From a virus (Duplodnaviria > Caudoviricetes), in IMG/VR virus record IMGVR_UViG_3300016474_000048, positions 1 to 25,779 of that record: a stretch of DNA of 25,779 bases; one strand, given 5' to 3'. Shown one piece after another: positions 17,601-25,136 of the stretch. The translations under genes were made by a program, and so were the position numbers. Under the pieces are notes generated by a model. The model had not been told where the DNA came from, did not search any database, and saw only the letters and a list, made by a program, of their open reading frames with translations. How positions within the stretch are numbered: the stretch's first letter is position 1; each line of letters begins with the position of its first letter.

Positions 17601-18036
17601 CCTCTGGCACGATCATGGCGACGTTGTTCGCGGAAGACGTGGACGAGTACGCGGTCGGCTGCTTTGTCTGCGGACGATGCACGGAGTTCACCCACGCGCC
17701 GCTGCCGGTGTACGCAGGGATGTCGAGCCGCAGCTCGGTGCGCTCGCCAGCCGGGATGTTGGCGGTCGCTCCGTACTGAGCGCGCTTCGGCTCTGACAGG
17801 GCGGCCAGCGCGTCCTCGCGCGATGTCGGCATGGGCGCGCTCGCGTAAGGCTCGACCGGCTTGTAGGCACTGACGAGCGCGTCGTACTCCTCGCGCGTCA
17901 GCGTGCCGTCGCGCAGCTTCTGGGCCGCGTTCGTGAGCTGCGGCACGCGCTCCGTCACGTCCTTGTGCGACATGCCGAGGCGAGATCCTGCCTGCGAGAG
18001 CGGGCCGCTCGTGCGGCGAAGGGAGCGCTGGGACAT
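14698..18036 (-). CDS. Multidomain (polyvalent) protein, 1112 aa: unknown domain, JAB/JAMM domain, ART-like domain, Gly/Ala-rich membrane-like tail
   Basis: Start reassigned to MSQRSL at 18036. Contains HTHPNTAAIPSNPD (HxHx7SxxD) and YHGSPHKFDEF...GHGLYFAE. Linkers YADGGEV, YQRGGKV, YADGGEV, YAEGGAV. Confidence 0.85.
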   Translation of the reverse strand: MSQRSLRRTSGPLSQAGSRLGMSHKDVTERVPQLTNAAQKLRDGTLTREEYDALVSAYKPVEPYASAPMPTSREDALAALSEPKRAQYGATANIPAGERTELRLDIPAYTGSGAWVNSVHRPQTKQPTAYSSTSSANNVAMIVPEGKALDVAAGGAKSPFAVMRGEWNPMSDEEALARMKQALEEPSRWKQIGMDPERHGYFYDRTTMQPVTRAEEVVQVGPLVVGRDVTYGSKSDFRYADGGEVEADDAALQRMMRELQDENALMRDQEIADQPEDAGIVINPNTAPESVMAKIYASFGMEGYQRGGKVRPGGQLSRQEAKKVAESLERASTERDIRNVPLPSDINEVFDAIDYSIPGTKHTWSSAAQDTINKNIEHGFFSAPDPVALSVASDPRNVPVFASNVLSGGPHEIDLIKPRPNAGTMLQHPSALHVDPYHAPGPHGFGVTMHTHPNTAAIPSNPDFDMSSFIGRDIGDHANLHGIEGTFPDTSSRSLIFTRPDLAKSAHRFGLKQQINWDLANDPDFFRRAQLADPAFETRANQLVLANNLSPILTERLLDRVGRGKVWTQFDPNTTLWTVDGKPFTTPGATDEILKSFDDVVRQRWGYADGGEVDEGGLARFRRGSLVRVQSPLRAYHGSPHKFDEFDMGKIGTGEGAQVYGHGLYFAENPDVAKSYKRSFEEMAEPQFTPTVMRISLPSGATERQAQFIENALKSYGGDEAAAIRALDDSLYARPDASEDWLRDIRYSIDALKNKQFKIDWSGGDLIEPKAYMYDVNLHVPKEKFITEDGWWTEQPQEARQVFDHYLKDAIWRDSSRLEMPIRTPTGLDEYFELAKKLSDNPNSNWATKPGRIKATNVLREAGVPGIRYLDAGSRAAGTGTRNIVMFDDAPIEIVNRYAEGGAVSDDMLTYGMRPQAMSDGWRASSPAMEYSWPTPQQQADTAIASGLSSFTPGSAGTPGGAGQATVDTRSVSVPGMSAGRALGVMGQLGSMFTGIPGLGLAGTALGTALEAREYDAALDAARAANPGYAFPGLTASQVMSGIGNNLSFGLFGTSLNDSFVDNAIAGTSQSRGGASGPGTGDPEADAAAAAAAAAAGLGNAAEAAVDAGQIS
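14750..14778. repeat. Hexamer microsatellite (GCCGCT)x4.8 encoding poly-Ala
   Basis: Directly visible; encodes the 10-Ala run near the C-terminus of the 1112-aa protein. Confidence 0.9.
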
Positions 18037-18043
18037 GTCGATC

Positions 18044-19492
18044 TCACGCTGCGTATGGGTTGAGCTTCGGCTTCGGCGGCGGCGCTGCCTCTTCGGGGCG
18101 GCGCTTGAAGCCGGTGGCGGACAGGAGGTTGCGGTCGGCGAACAGACGCCACGCCTGCGTCGTCGCATCGACGAAGTCGTCGTGCTTCGTCGAGCCTTCG
18201 CCAGTGAACACGCAGAGCTGGGCGAGCAGCGGCTCGGCCCATGTGCGCGGCGCGCCCGAGATCTTCTGGCTCTCAGGCAGCCACACGAGGCCGTTCGCCG
18301 GTAGGTGCGAGACCGCGTGCAGGCGCGAGAGCTTGTCCGCGTTCCCCGGGTTGTAGGCGTGCGCCAGCACGCCCTCGCGCTCCAACATCTGCCGCAGCGA
18401 GATGCCGCTGCCCTTGTCCTCGATCAGCAGCAGATCGACCTTCTTGCCGCTGTTGCGGACGAGCGCCGGTCCGAACAGCGGCTTGATCATCGGCACGTCC
18501 ACCTCGCCGTACTCGACCTCCAGCTCCTTCCGCACGCGCGTGATCAGGTCCGGCATCGAGAGCCAGTCCTGCCAGCAGTCGAGCAGCATCACGCTCGGCC
18601 GCTTCTCGTGCTCGAACACACCCCACACGGTGCAGGCTGTCGGGTCGCCCTCGCCGGTCTTCTTGTCGCGCGTGCGCTCGGTGAACGCGGTGTCGAGCGA
18701 CATCAGAACGAACGAGAGTTTCGGCAGCGGCTTGTTCGCGGGCCACAAGCGGAACCACGTCCGCTTGATGATGCCGCTCTCCTCTGGATCGATCAGCTCG
18801 CCGTAGATCTCCTGCCGCCCGAGCTGCGTGCCCTCGTACTTCACGAGCTGGTCGAAGAACGTCGGCGCGAGGTTCGCCTTGTTCTCGTAGGTGGTGCCGC
18901 GCGTGATCACGCAGCGCTTGTCCTTCACCAGATCCTGCACGAGCGGGATCGGTCGCGGCGTCGTCGTGAAGCACACGCGCGGGCGCTGGCCGAGGCGCAG
19001 GCCCATCATCAGCATGTCCCACGTCTCCTGCGCGCGCTGCCACGCGGCCAGCTCGTCGCACCACGCGCGATGGCACTGCGGGCCGCGCAGTCGGTCGGGC
19101 TTCTCCGCCGAGAACGCGCGGATCGTCGCGTCGTTGTAGAGCGTCAGGATCAGGTCCGAGCGGTTGTAGTCCTTCACCAGCTCGTGCGGGACGGTCGCGA
19201 GCAGTCCCGCCGGACCCTCGAAGCAGACGTGCTGCGCGTCGCTCCACGTCGGCGCGACGACGTGGCTGATGCTCTTCGGATCCGCGAGCGCTTCGCTCGC
19301 GACCCAGTTCGCGCCGCTGAAGGTCTTGCCGAAGCCGCGCCCCGCCATGATGCCCCAGATGAGCCAGTCGCCCGGCGGCTCGGTCTGGTTCGCGCGCGCA
19401 CGCTCTAGGAACGCGAGCCGCCAGCGCACGACGCGGAGCTGCTCGACCGAGAGCTTCTCCAGCACCTTCGGGTCGAGATCACCGAGCGGCAC
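18044..19492 (-). CDS. terL: Terminase large subunit, 482 aa
   Basis: Walker A AGRGFGKT, LRGPQ, Walker B AWCDE, coupling motif TTTP, nuclease SLDTA...IEDKGSG...HDDFVDA. Confidence 0.96.
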   Translation of the reverse strand: MPLGDLDPKVLEKLSVEQLRVVRWRLAFLERARANQTEPPGDWLIWGIMAGRGFGKTFSGANWVASEALADPKSISHVVAPTWSDAQHVCFEGPAGLLATVPHELVKDYNRSDLILTLYNDATIRAFSAEKPDRLRGPQCHRAWCDELAAWQRAQETWDMLMMGLRLGQRPRVCFTTTPRPIPLVQDLVKDKRCVITRGTTYENKANLAPTFFDQLVKYEGTQLGRQEIYGELIDPEESGIIKRTWFRLWPANKPLPKLSFVLMSLDTAFTERTRDKKTGEGDPTACTVWGVFEHEKRPSVMLLDCWQDWLSMPDLITRVRKELEVEYGEVDVPMIKPLFGPALVRNSGKKVDLLLIEDKGSGISLRQMLEREGVLAHAYNPGNADKLSRLHAVSHLPANGLVWLPESQKISGAPRTWAEPLLAQLCVFTGEGSTKHDDFVDATTQAWRLFADRNLLSATGFKRRPEEAAPPPKPKLNPYAA

Positions 19493-22400
19493 GGCTCTTC
19501 ATCTGCCTGAGCGCGCCGCGCGCCCTGCCTCCGCGTTTGAACGTCGGGGTGTCGCTCATCACGGCGTAGGGCATCCCGGTGTAGCGCTCCATCTCGATGT
19601 CGAACGGAGAGCGCTCGCGCGGATAGCCGAGCTGCACGCCGCCTTGGTTCGCCATCGGATCGAGGTCGCCGTAGTGGCCCGCGCTCGGCGGGATCACCAC
19701 GTCGAAGCCCTGCGGCATCGGCAGGGGCTGCGGGATCGACTGCGCCGCAGCCGACGCGACCTCGCCGCTCTCGGGCACCGGCATCGGAGCCGCTGGCTCC
19801 TGACGCGCAGGCGCAGTTGCGGGCGCAGCGGGGCGGCGCGCCGGTTCGTCCTTGAGCTGCGTGCCGTACTTCTTGCCGCGCCACCAGAACGTCTGCTCGC
19901 CGCCCGAGAGCGCACGCTGGCGCGCGAGGCGGAAGGCGCGGCCGAACGACATGTTGCTGTAGTTGGCAAGCTCGACGGGTCCGCCGTCGGCCTTCTTCAC
20001 CTCGTCCTTCGGCTCCGCCTTCTTCTTCGACTTCTCGGTCGAGGCCCACTCCGGCATCAGGCCGAGCTTCTGGTCCGCGTAGATCGTGTCCGCGCCGCTG
20101 GCCTTCGCGTTATGCTCCGCGTTCGGCCCGAAGTTCAGGTAGCTGTTCTGGCCGCGAAGCTCGACGGCGGCAGCGGGCCGCGCGTCGGGCGAGTACATCG
20201 GCGCATGGTTCAGCCACGCGCGCTCTTCGCCCTTGTGGCGGAAGAACGGGTTGCCCGGGCCGAAGTGACCGAAGGCATCATGCACGACGCGGAAGGCATC
20301 GTTCACGACTGCGTTGTCCTTGTCGCCGAGCCTGCCGATGGGCGTCAGCAGCGGATGCTTGAACGTCGAGAGCAGCTCGGCGTTCGCGTCCGTCGTGCCG
20401 AAGCCGAAGTCGGTCGGATAGGTGTAGAGCCGGTTGTTCTCGACGATGTCGGCGTAGCCCAGCGCGGGCGAGCGCGCGTAGGGATCCTCCATGCCCGGCT
20501 TCAGGAAGCGAATGTCGAGACCGCTGTCCTTGATCTTGTCGAGCTGCGCCATCGTCTCGTCTGCGAGCGCCTGATACGAGCGCTGCACGCGCGGATCGCC
20601 GGGATCGTGCTTCATCTCGTCGTATGCGCGAGAGAGCCTGCGCGCGAGTTCTTCGTCGAACTCTGGATACTCGCGGATGACGTGCTCGCCCGGGCGACCG
20701 ACCGACTGCATGTAGCGCGCAGCGGCGTCTTCGAGTTCTGGGATCGGCAGCGTCTCGACGCGACCGATGGTCGGGATCTCGACCGTCGCAGGCTTGCCGG
20801 GCACGCTCTTGTATCCCGTTCCCTCGCCGACGCGGCGCGGCCTGCCACGCCCCATCATCACGAGCGCGCCCGTGCGCGGATTGACGGGACCGCCGTCAGC
20901 GAAGCCATCGATCTTCTTCGGGCCGTCGAGTACCTCGTATGGCAGATCGCCGCTCGCGCGCGTCTTTTCGCTGGTGAAGCGCGCGGGCTGGTCTACGTCT
21001 CCGCCAGAAGCGTAGCCAACCATTCCACCATGAGACTTGGTGATGTCGTTGCTCTTGGGATTGAATTCACCGCTATTCCCGATGGCGGACTTCAACTGAC
21101 TTGGATTAAAAACAATTGTCTCAAGTCCTTCGCCGGTTTCCGGGTTAAACTTTACGTCAGAATAATCGTTGATATGGAAAATTCCATCATATCCAGCATC
21201 TTTCATCTTCTTCACATCATCAGGATGCAAAGTCATCGGCCAGTCATAGGACTTGGCACCAAACTCCTTCCTTAGCTCTTCCTTGCCCTCTTTGTCGCTA
21301 TTAGTAACGTAAAGAGGGTTTTCGATCTTCACATAGAGGGGCATGACATTTGCCCCTTCCCTGAATTCCCCCCTTCGCATGACATTGTGTGCCGCTGGCT
21401 GGCTATGCTTGTGCGGTGTCAGCCAGATGGCAGGGCCGGAAAGGCTCGGGTCATGGCCCCCCGGAATGAACTCGGAGAAGTGCTTTGAGGTCACATGGTA
21501 ATGCACCCACGGCTTGCCCTCTCCGTCGATTGCCCTGCTGTTGCCGAACCAGTTTCGGAAGTTCTCAGGCGAGGCAGCCTCGCGTGTCATCGGCGGAGCT
21601 TTCCCCGCGTCTGTCTTGCCCGCAATCCGAGCCGCGAAGCGCAGGAGCGCACCCGTGCGAGGGTTGACGGGACCACCATCGGCATATCCATCGACCATGC
21701 CGCCGTCCGCGTGTCCCGTCATTGCCTCCATGCCGGTGCCGAGCGCGGTGCCGAAGCCCGTGCCCATCAAGACGTTCCTGCCGAACTCCGGCCTGATTAC
21801 CGGCAAGAAGAACTCGGCCGCCGCGTTGCCAACTGCCCCCGCGCCGCTTGCTGCTGCGCGGACCGCGTCAGCCGCCCTGCCCTGACCAAGTGCGTCGTTC
21901 GCCGCCTGCTTGAGCGCTCCGATGCGAGGGCCAGCGAAGCGCACGCCATCGGAGACGCGCTTGGCAACGCCGAGAGGCAACATCGGCACCTGTCCGATCA
22001 TCGTGCCCAGAGCAGCGCCCGCGTGCTCGATGGGGCCGCTCGGCGGCTTGATGCCCATCTCGCTGTTGATCGCCGCGCGCAGCTTCTCCATGTGCTCGTT
22101 CGCATCGTTCGCGAACTGCGGCACGAACGCTTCGCCGCCGGGGATCATCCCGACCAGCGTCGGCGTCGATGCCACGTCGTAGAGGATCCCCGGCGTCTTG
22201 CCAGCGTTCCACCACACGACCGGGTTGCCGTCGTCGTCGAACGCGGAGTACTGCGCGCGCATCCCGGCCGCAGCCTGATCGAGGAAGCGCCGCGCCGCGC
22301 TGCCGCCCTGCTCCCGGCGTCGTGCGATGTCGCGGTCGTACTGCGCGCGATCAGAGGCGATGCGTTCATCGGCCTCGCGCTTGAAGCGCTCGCTGTCCTT

Positions 22401-24542
22401 CTCGACCTTGCCGCCGTCGTCGTAGCGCATCGCGTTCATGAGATCCTCGTGCGTCGTCGTCGTTCCGCTCGTCGCATCCCACACGCCGTGATGCGTGAGG
22501 TGCTGGTACATCGGATCGAAGCGCGACGGCATCGACACGCCGAGCACGCGCTGGCGCTCGTTCAGGCGATGCACGGCCTCGTCTCCACCAGTGACCGGCA
22601 GGCTCTCTCCACGCGAGAAGTACTTGCTGCTCGTGTCGTCGGGCGTGTGCAGCTTGAGCTGGCGCGCGTCGAGCGTCGCGTTGTCGCCGCGCCCGAGCAT
22701 CGACGACATGAAGCCGCTCTTCGCCGCGTCGATGTTCTTCACGCGCTTCATGAAGTCGCGCCACTCCTGCGGATCGCTCATGCCGTAGGACGAGCGCGCG
22801 ACGAGGTCGGAGATCTCGCCCGCAGCGTCGGGCATGTAGCGCGCGCCGTAGGCGAGCTGCTCGCCGAGCTTGTTGTAGTTGCCGAACGGCTTCATGACGC
22901 GCACGGCGTCCTCGATGGCGTAGCGGTCCTGCAATCCGCGCACGGCCGCGTCGAGGTAGCGCTGGCCCATCGGCGTGACGAGCCAGTCGGCGAACGCGCC
23001 CTCGGGGCGGATCTTCCGATCAGGGCTGGAGAGCGGCAGCCCGAGGTCTTCGAGCTTCTTGCGGTTGATCGCCTGCCGCTGCATCGACGACACGGTGATG
23101 CCATACGCCTTCGCGACATCGCGCGGCGAGAGGCCCTCGGTGTCGGCGCGCTTCGCCTGATCGATCATGAAGTCGCCGAACGGCACGACGTGCTGCGGCA
23201 GCTCGAACTCGCCTCTCGCGTTCTGCGGAAGCGCGCCCGGCTGCGCGAGATCCTCGCGCACGTCTTCGAGCGGACGCCACTTCCAGTCGTCGATCTTGTT
23301 CGACGGCGGGTCGGCGTATGCGTTGCGCTTCACGTTGCCGCCGCGCTTGAAGCGCTTGAGCACGTCGTTCACGTCGCCGACCTTCTTCGTCGCGTCGATG
23401 TAGTCGCCGAGCTGGTCGATGGCTTGCTGGTCGAGGACGCGCTGCGGGATCTTTTCGCTGATCGCGGACGACATGCCGAAGGAGCGGTGATCCGTCCCCG
23501 TTGGCTTCTTTTGCGCGCGCCGTTCCTGATACCACGGCTCGAACAGCAGCGACCTCGGGATCGGAACCTCGAAGCCGCCGTAGTACGGATCCCTGCGCGT
23601 TGGCGGCACGCCCTTCGCGATCTCGTGCGAGTAGTCGGGATGCGGCAGCTTCGTCTCGCTCGTCTCGCGCAGCGGCTTCCTAGGATCGATGCCGATCAGG
23701 AGCTGGCCGCCGTACATCTCGTTCGGCATCGCGAGCGGACGCAGCAGCGGATCGGAGAGCGCGTAGCGCGCCTCGGCGATGTTGGGGAAGCCAGCGTCGT
23801 AGTACGACACCATGTCCATGTGCTTGTACAAGCCGTCGCGATTGCCCGGCCGCTTCATCCACTCGTCGAGCGCTGCCTTGTCCTTGAAGCCCGGGAAGCT
23901 GGCCCACTCGGCCTCGCCCTTCGGGTTCTTCGCCTTCCGCAAGTTCTCCTCGAACTTCCGCAGCTCGTCGGCGCTGATCGTCGAGCGCGCCATCATGTCG
24001 TCCACGAGGCCGCGCATCATCGTCGTGCGGTCAACGGACTTCGGGTTCATCGTCATGAACACGCCGGTCACCGGCTTGCCGGTCTTGTTCATGATGTTGA
24101 GCGCGCCCGTGCGGATGCCCTCGGCCTGCGCCATCGCGTTCGCCCACGCGCCGTGGTTCGCGCCGAGCGGATAGTCGAACCCGCCGTCGAGGCGCAGCAG
24201 GCTCGCTGGCTGTTCGCCTGCGAGCGCCTTGAGCGTGCCGACCGCGCTCGTGTCGCCGACGAGCGGGATCGCGACGGTGTTCTGGATCTTGCCGAGGTCA
24301 CCGGTCGTCAGCGTCTTCCTCGGCTTGAACTCATCGCCGCGCTCGACGACGTTGCGCCCCGGGGTGCGCGTGCGCTCGAACTCATCCTCGGAGATCACGC
24401 GGTTCGACCACGGCAGATCGCGATTGCCGGTGCGCTCGTTCTGCTGGAGCTTGTCTTCGAGTTCGCGCTGGATCGTGCCCGGCGGAAACTGCGGCTGCTG
24501 CGACGGCGCGCGGCTTCCGATCTTCAGTCCACGACCCGCCAT
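19479..24542 (-). CDS. Giant multidomain (polyvalent) protein, 1687 aa: unknown domain, HhH-GPD-like, hydrophobic module, ART-PolyVal-like, HDxxGH domain, short C-terminal motif
   Basis: AAGGAG upstream of the ATG. NFRNWFGNS...GKP..HYH.T...YDGI...ETIVFNPSQLKSAIGNSGEF is ART-PolyVal-like. Nine xxxGG linker motifs. Confidence 0.88.
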   Translation of the reverse strand: MAGRGLKIGSRAPSQQPQFPPGTIQRELEDKLQQNERTGNRDLPWSNRVISEDEFERTRTPGRNVVERGDEFKPRKTLTTGDLGKIQNTVAIPLVGDTSAVGTLKALAGEQPASLLRLDGGFDYPLGANHGAWANAMAQAEGIRTGALNIMNKTGKPVTGVFMTMNPKSVDRTTMMRGLVDDMMARSTISADELRKFEENLRKAKNPKGEAEWASFPGFKDKAALDEWMKRPGNRDGLYKHMDMVSYYDAGFPNIAEARYALSDPLLRPLAMPNEMYGGQLLIGIDPRKPLRETSETKLPHPDYSHEIAKGVPPTRRDPYYGGFEVPIPRSLLFEPWYQERRAQKKPTGTDHRSFGMSSAISEKIPQRVLDQQAIDQLGDYIDATKKVGDVNDVLKRFKRGGNVKRNAYADPPSNKIDDWKWRPLEDVREDLAQPGALPQNARGEFELPQHVVPFGDFMIDQAKRADTEGLSPRDVAKAYGITVSSMQRQAINRKKLEDLGLPLSSPDRKIRPEGAFADWLVTPMGQRYLDAAVRGLQDRYAIEDAVRVMKPFGNYNKLGEQLAYGARYMPDAAGEISDLVARSSYGMSDPQEWRDFMKRVKNIDAAKSGFMSSMLGRGDNATLDARQLKLHTPDDTSSKYFSRGESLPVTGGDEAVHRLNERQRVLGVSMPSRFDPMYQHLTHHGVWDATSGTTTTHEDLMNAMRYDDGGKVEKDSERFKREADERIASDRAQYDRDIARRREQGGSAARRFLDQAAAGMRAQYSAFDDDGNPVVWWNAGKTPGILYDVASTPTLVGMIPGGEAFVPQFANDANEHMEKLRAAINSEMGIKPPSGPIEHAGAALGTMIGQVPMLPLGVAKRVSDGVRFAGPRIGALKQAANDALGQGRAADAVRAAASGAGAVGNAAAEFFLPVIRPEFGRNVLMGTGFGTALGTGMEAMTGHADGGMVDGYADGGPVNPRTGALLRFAARIAGKTDAGKAPPMTREAASPENFRNWFGNSRAIDGEGKPWVHYHVTSKHFSEFIPGGHDPSLSGPAIWLTPHKHSQPAAHNVMRRGEFREGANVMPLYVKIENPLYVTNSDKEGKEELRKEFGAKSYDWPMTLHPDDVKKMKDAGYDGIFHINDYSDVKFNPETGEGLETIVFNPSQLKSAIGNSGEFNPKSNDITKSHGGMVGYASGGDVDQPARFTSEKTRASGDLPYEVLDGPKKIDGFADGGPVNPRTGALVMMGRGRPRRVGEGTGYKSVPGKPATVEIPTIGRVETLPIPELEDAAARYMQSVGRPGEHVIREYPEFDEELARRLSRAYDEMKHDPGDPRVQRSYQALADETMAQLDKIKDSGLDIRFLKPGMEDPYARSPALGYADIVENNRLYTYPTDFGFGTTDANAELLSTFKHPLLTPIGRLGDKDNAVVNDAFRVVHDAFGHFGPGNPFFRHKGEERAWLNHAPMYSPDARPAAAVELRGQNSYLNFGPNAEHNAKASGADTIYADQKLGLMPEWASTEKSKKKAEPKDEVKKADGGPVELANYSNMSFGRAFRLARQRALSGGEQTFWWRGKKYGTQLKDEPARRPAAPATAPARQEPAAPMPVPESGEVASAAAQSIPQPLPMPQGFDVVIPPSAGHYGDLDPMANQGGVQLGYPRERSPFDIEMERYTGMPYAVMSDTPTFKRGGRARGALRQMKSRAAR
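20862..21692 (-). repeat. Pair of 48-nt diverged direct repeats (20862-20909 and 21645-21692) encoding DG[YF]ADGGPVNPRTGAL
   Basis: 15/16 aa identical; 39/48 nt identical, with mismatches almost all at third codon positions. Confidence 0.9.
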
Positions 24543-24546
24543 CGTC

Positions 24547-24885
24547 TCACTCCTTGCGCTTCAGCACCGACATGATCTCGCCGAGCAGCGTGACGCGCGT
24601 CGCGTCCTCGACCTTGATCGGCCCTCCGTCCTTCCCCGTGATCTGCGTCTGGGCGAGCTTCGGGTGGACATACGGCGCGGCCGAACGCGCGGCATCGAGG
24701 CGCATCTCCGGCGGCTGGTTCTCGTCACGCATGACGCGGATCATGTATTCGAGCGGCGTCAGGCCGCTCTCGGCGATGGCGCGTTCACGCGCGGCCGTGG
24801 CCTTGTTCCGGCATCCCTTGCGCGATCCGCCGACCCTCCGCTTGGGGGGTGGCATTTCCGGCGCACTATGCGTTGAAGCGGACAT
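24547..24885 (-). CDS. terS: Terminase small subunit (putative), about 112 aa
   Basis: GGSRKG.RNK.T...TPLEYM..VM...RLDAA..AAPYVHPKL...ITGKDGGPI pattern; first gene of the late operon. Alternative start at 24855. Confidence 0.7.
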   Translation of the reverse strand: MSASTHSAPEMPPPKRRVGGSRKGCRNKATAARERAIAESGLTPLEYMIRVMRDENQPPEMRLDAARSAAPYVHPKLAQTQITGKDGGPIKVEDATRVTLLGEIMSVLKRKE

Positions 24886-24902
24886 GTTGCCACAACGGTA
24901 AC
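24886..24902. promoter_or_regulatory. Palindromic site GTTGCC-N5-GGTAAC abutting the terS start codon
   Basis: Consensus copy of a motif repeated about 9 times in the window. Confidence 0.65.
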
Positions 24903-24923
24903 CGCAACGGTCGCGCGCCGCAA
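24895..24923 (-). promoter_or_regulatory. Sigma70-like promoter upstream of terS
   Basis: TTGCGG-17 nt-TACCGT, ending 9 nt before the ATG at 24885. Confidence 0.5.
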
Positions 24924-25136
24924 GCGTGTGGTGCGAGCCGCGCTCATCGGGCGCGCGTTCGCGTGGAGCTGGACGCTGGCGAGCCGGTGGAGGATGCACC
25001 GCCCGATGCAGCTCGCGCGGGCATGGGCCACGTCGCTGGCCGGTCTCATCGCGCCGGGGAAAGGGACGGCGATGACCGACGTGGAGGTGACCATACCGGC
25101 AACCGCGTGAGCGTGTAAACGCCGACCTCGATCCAC

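Noticed and set aside
18037-18168. Track N-terminal extensions (also 11112-11528, 4658-4906, 6814-6981, 12166-12279, 24886-24999)
   Set aside because: They overlap upstream genes or promoter DNA; downstream ATGs have better spacing or RBS.
14698-24542. Inteins or homing endonucleases as the explanation for the large ORFs
   Set aside because: No C...HN intein ends, LAGLIDADG or HNH motifs recognised.
21495-24575. 1026-aa plus-strand ORF, and similar long ones at 7051-9555, 12692-14953, 19269-21275 and 10269-11651
   Set aside because: Antisense shadows of GC3-rich minus-strand genes; Arg/Ala-rich with no recognisable motifs.
24610-24645. TGKDGGPI in terS as another GG linker
   Set aside because: G.DGGPI is a common small-terminase C-terminal motif and its context differs from the linkers; probably unrelated.
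24928-25110. 60-aa plus-strand ORF (and 24849-25118) next to terS
   Set aside because: No clear RBS or motif; cannot support or fully exclude.
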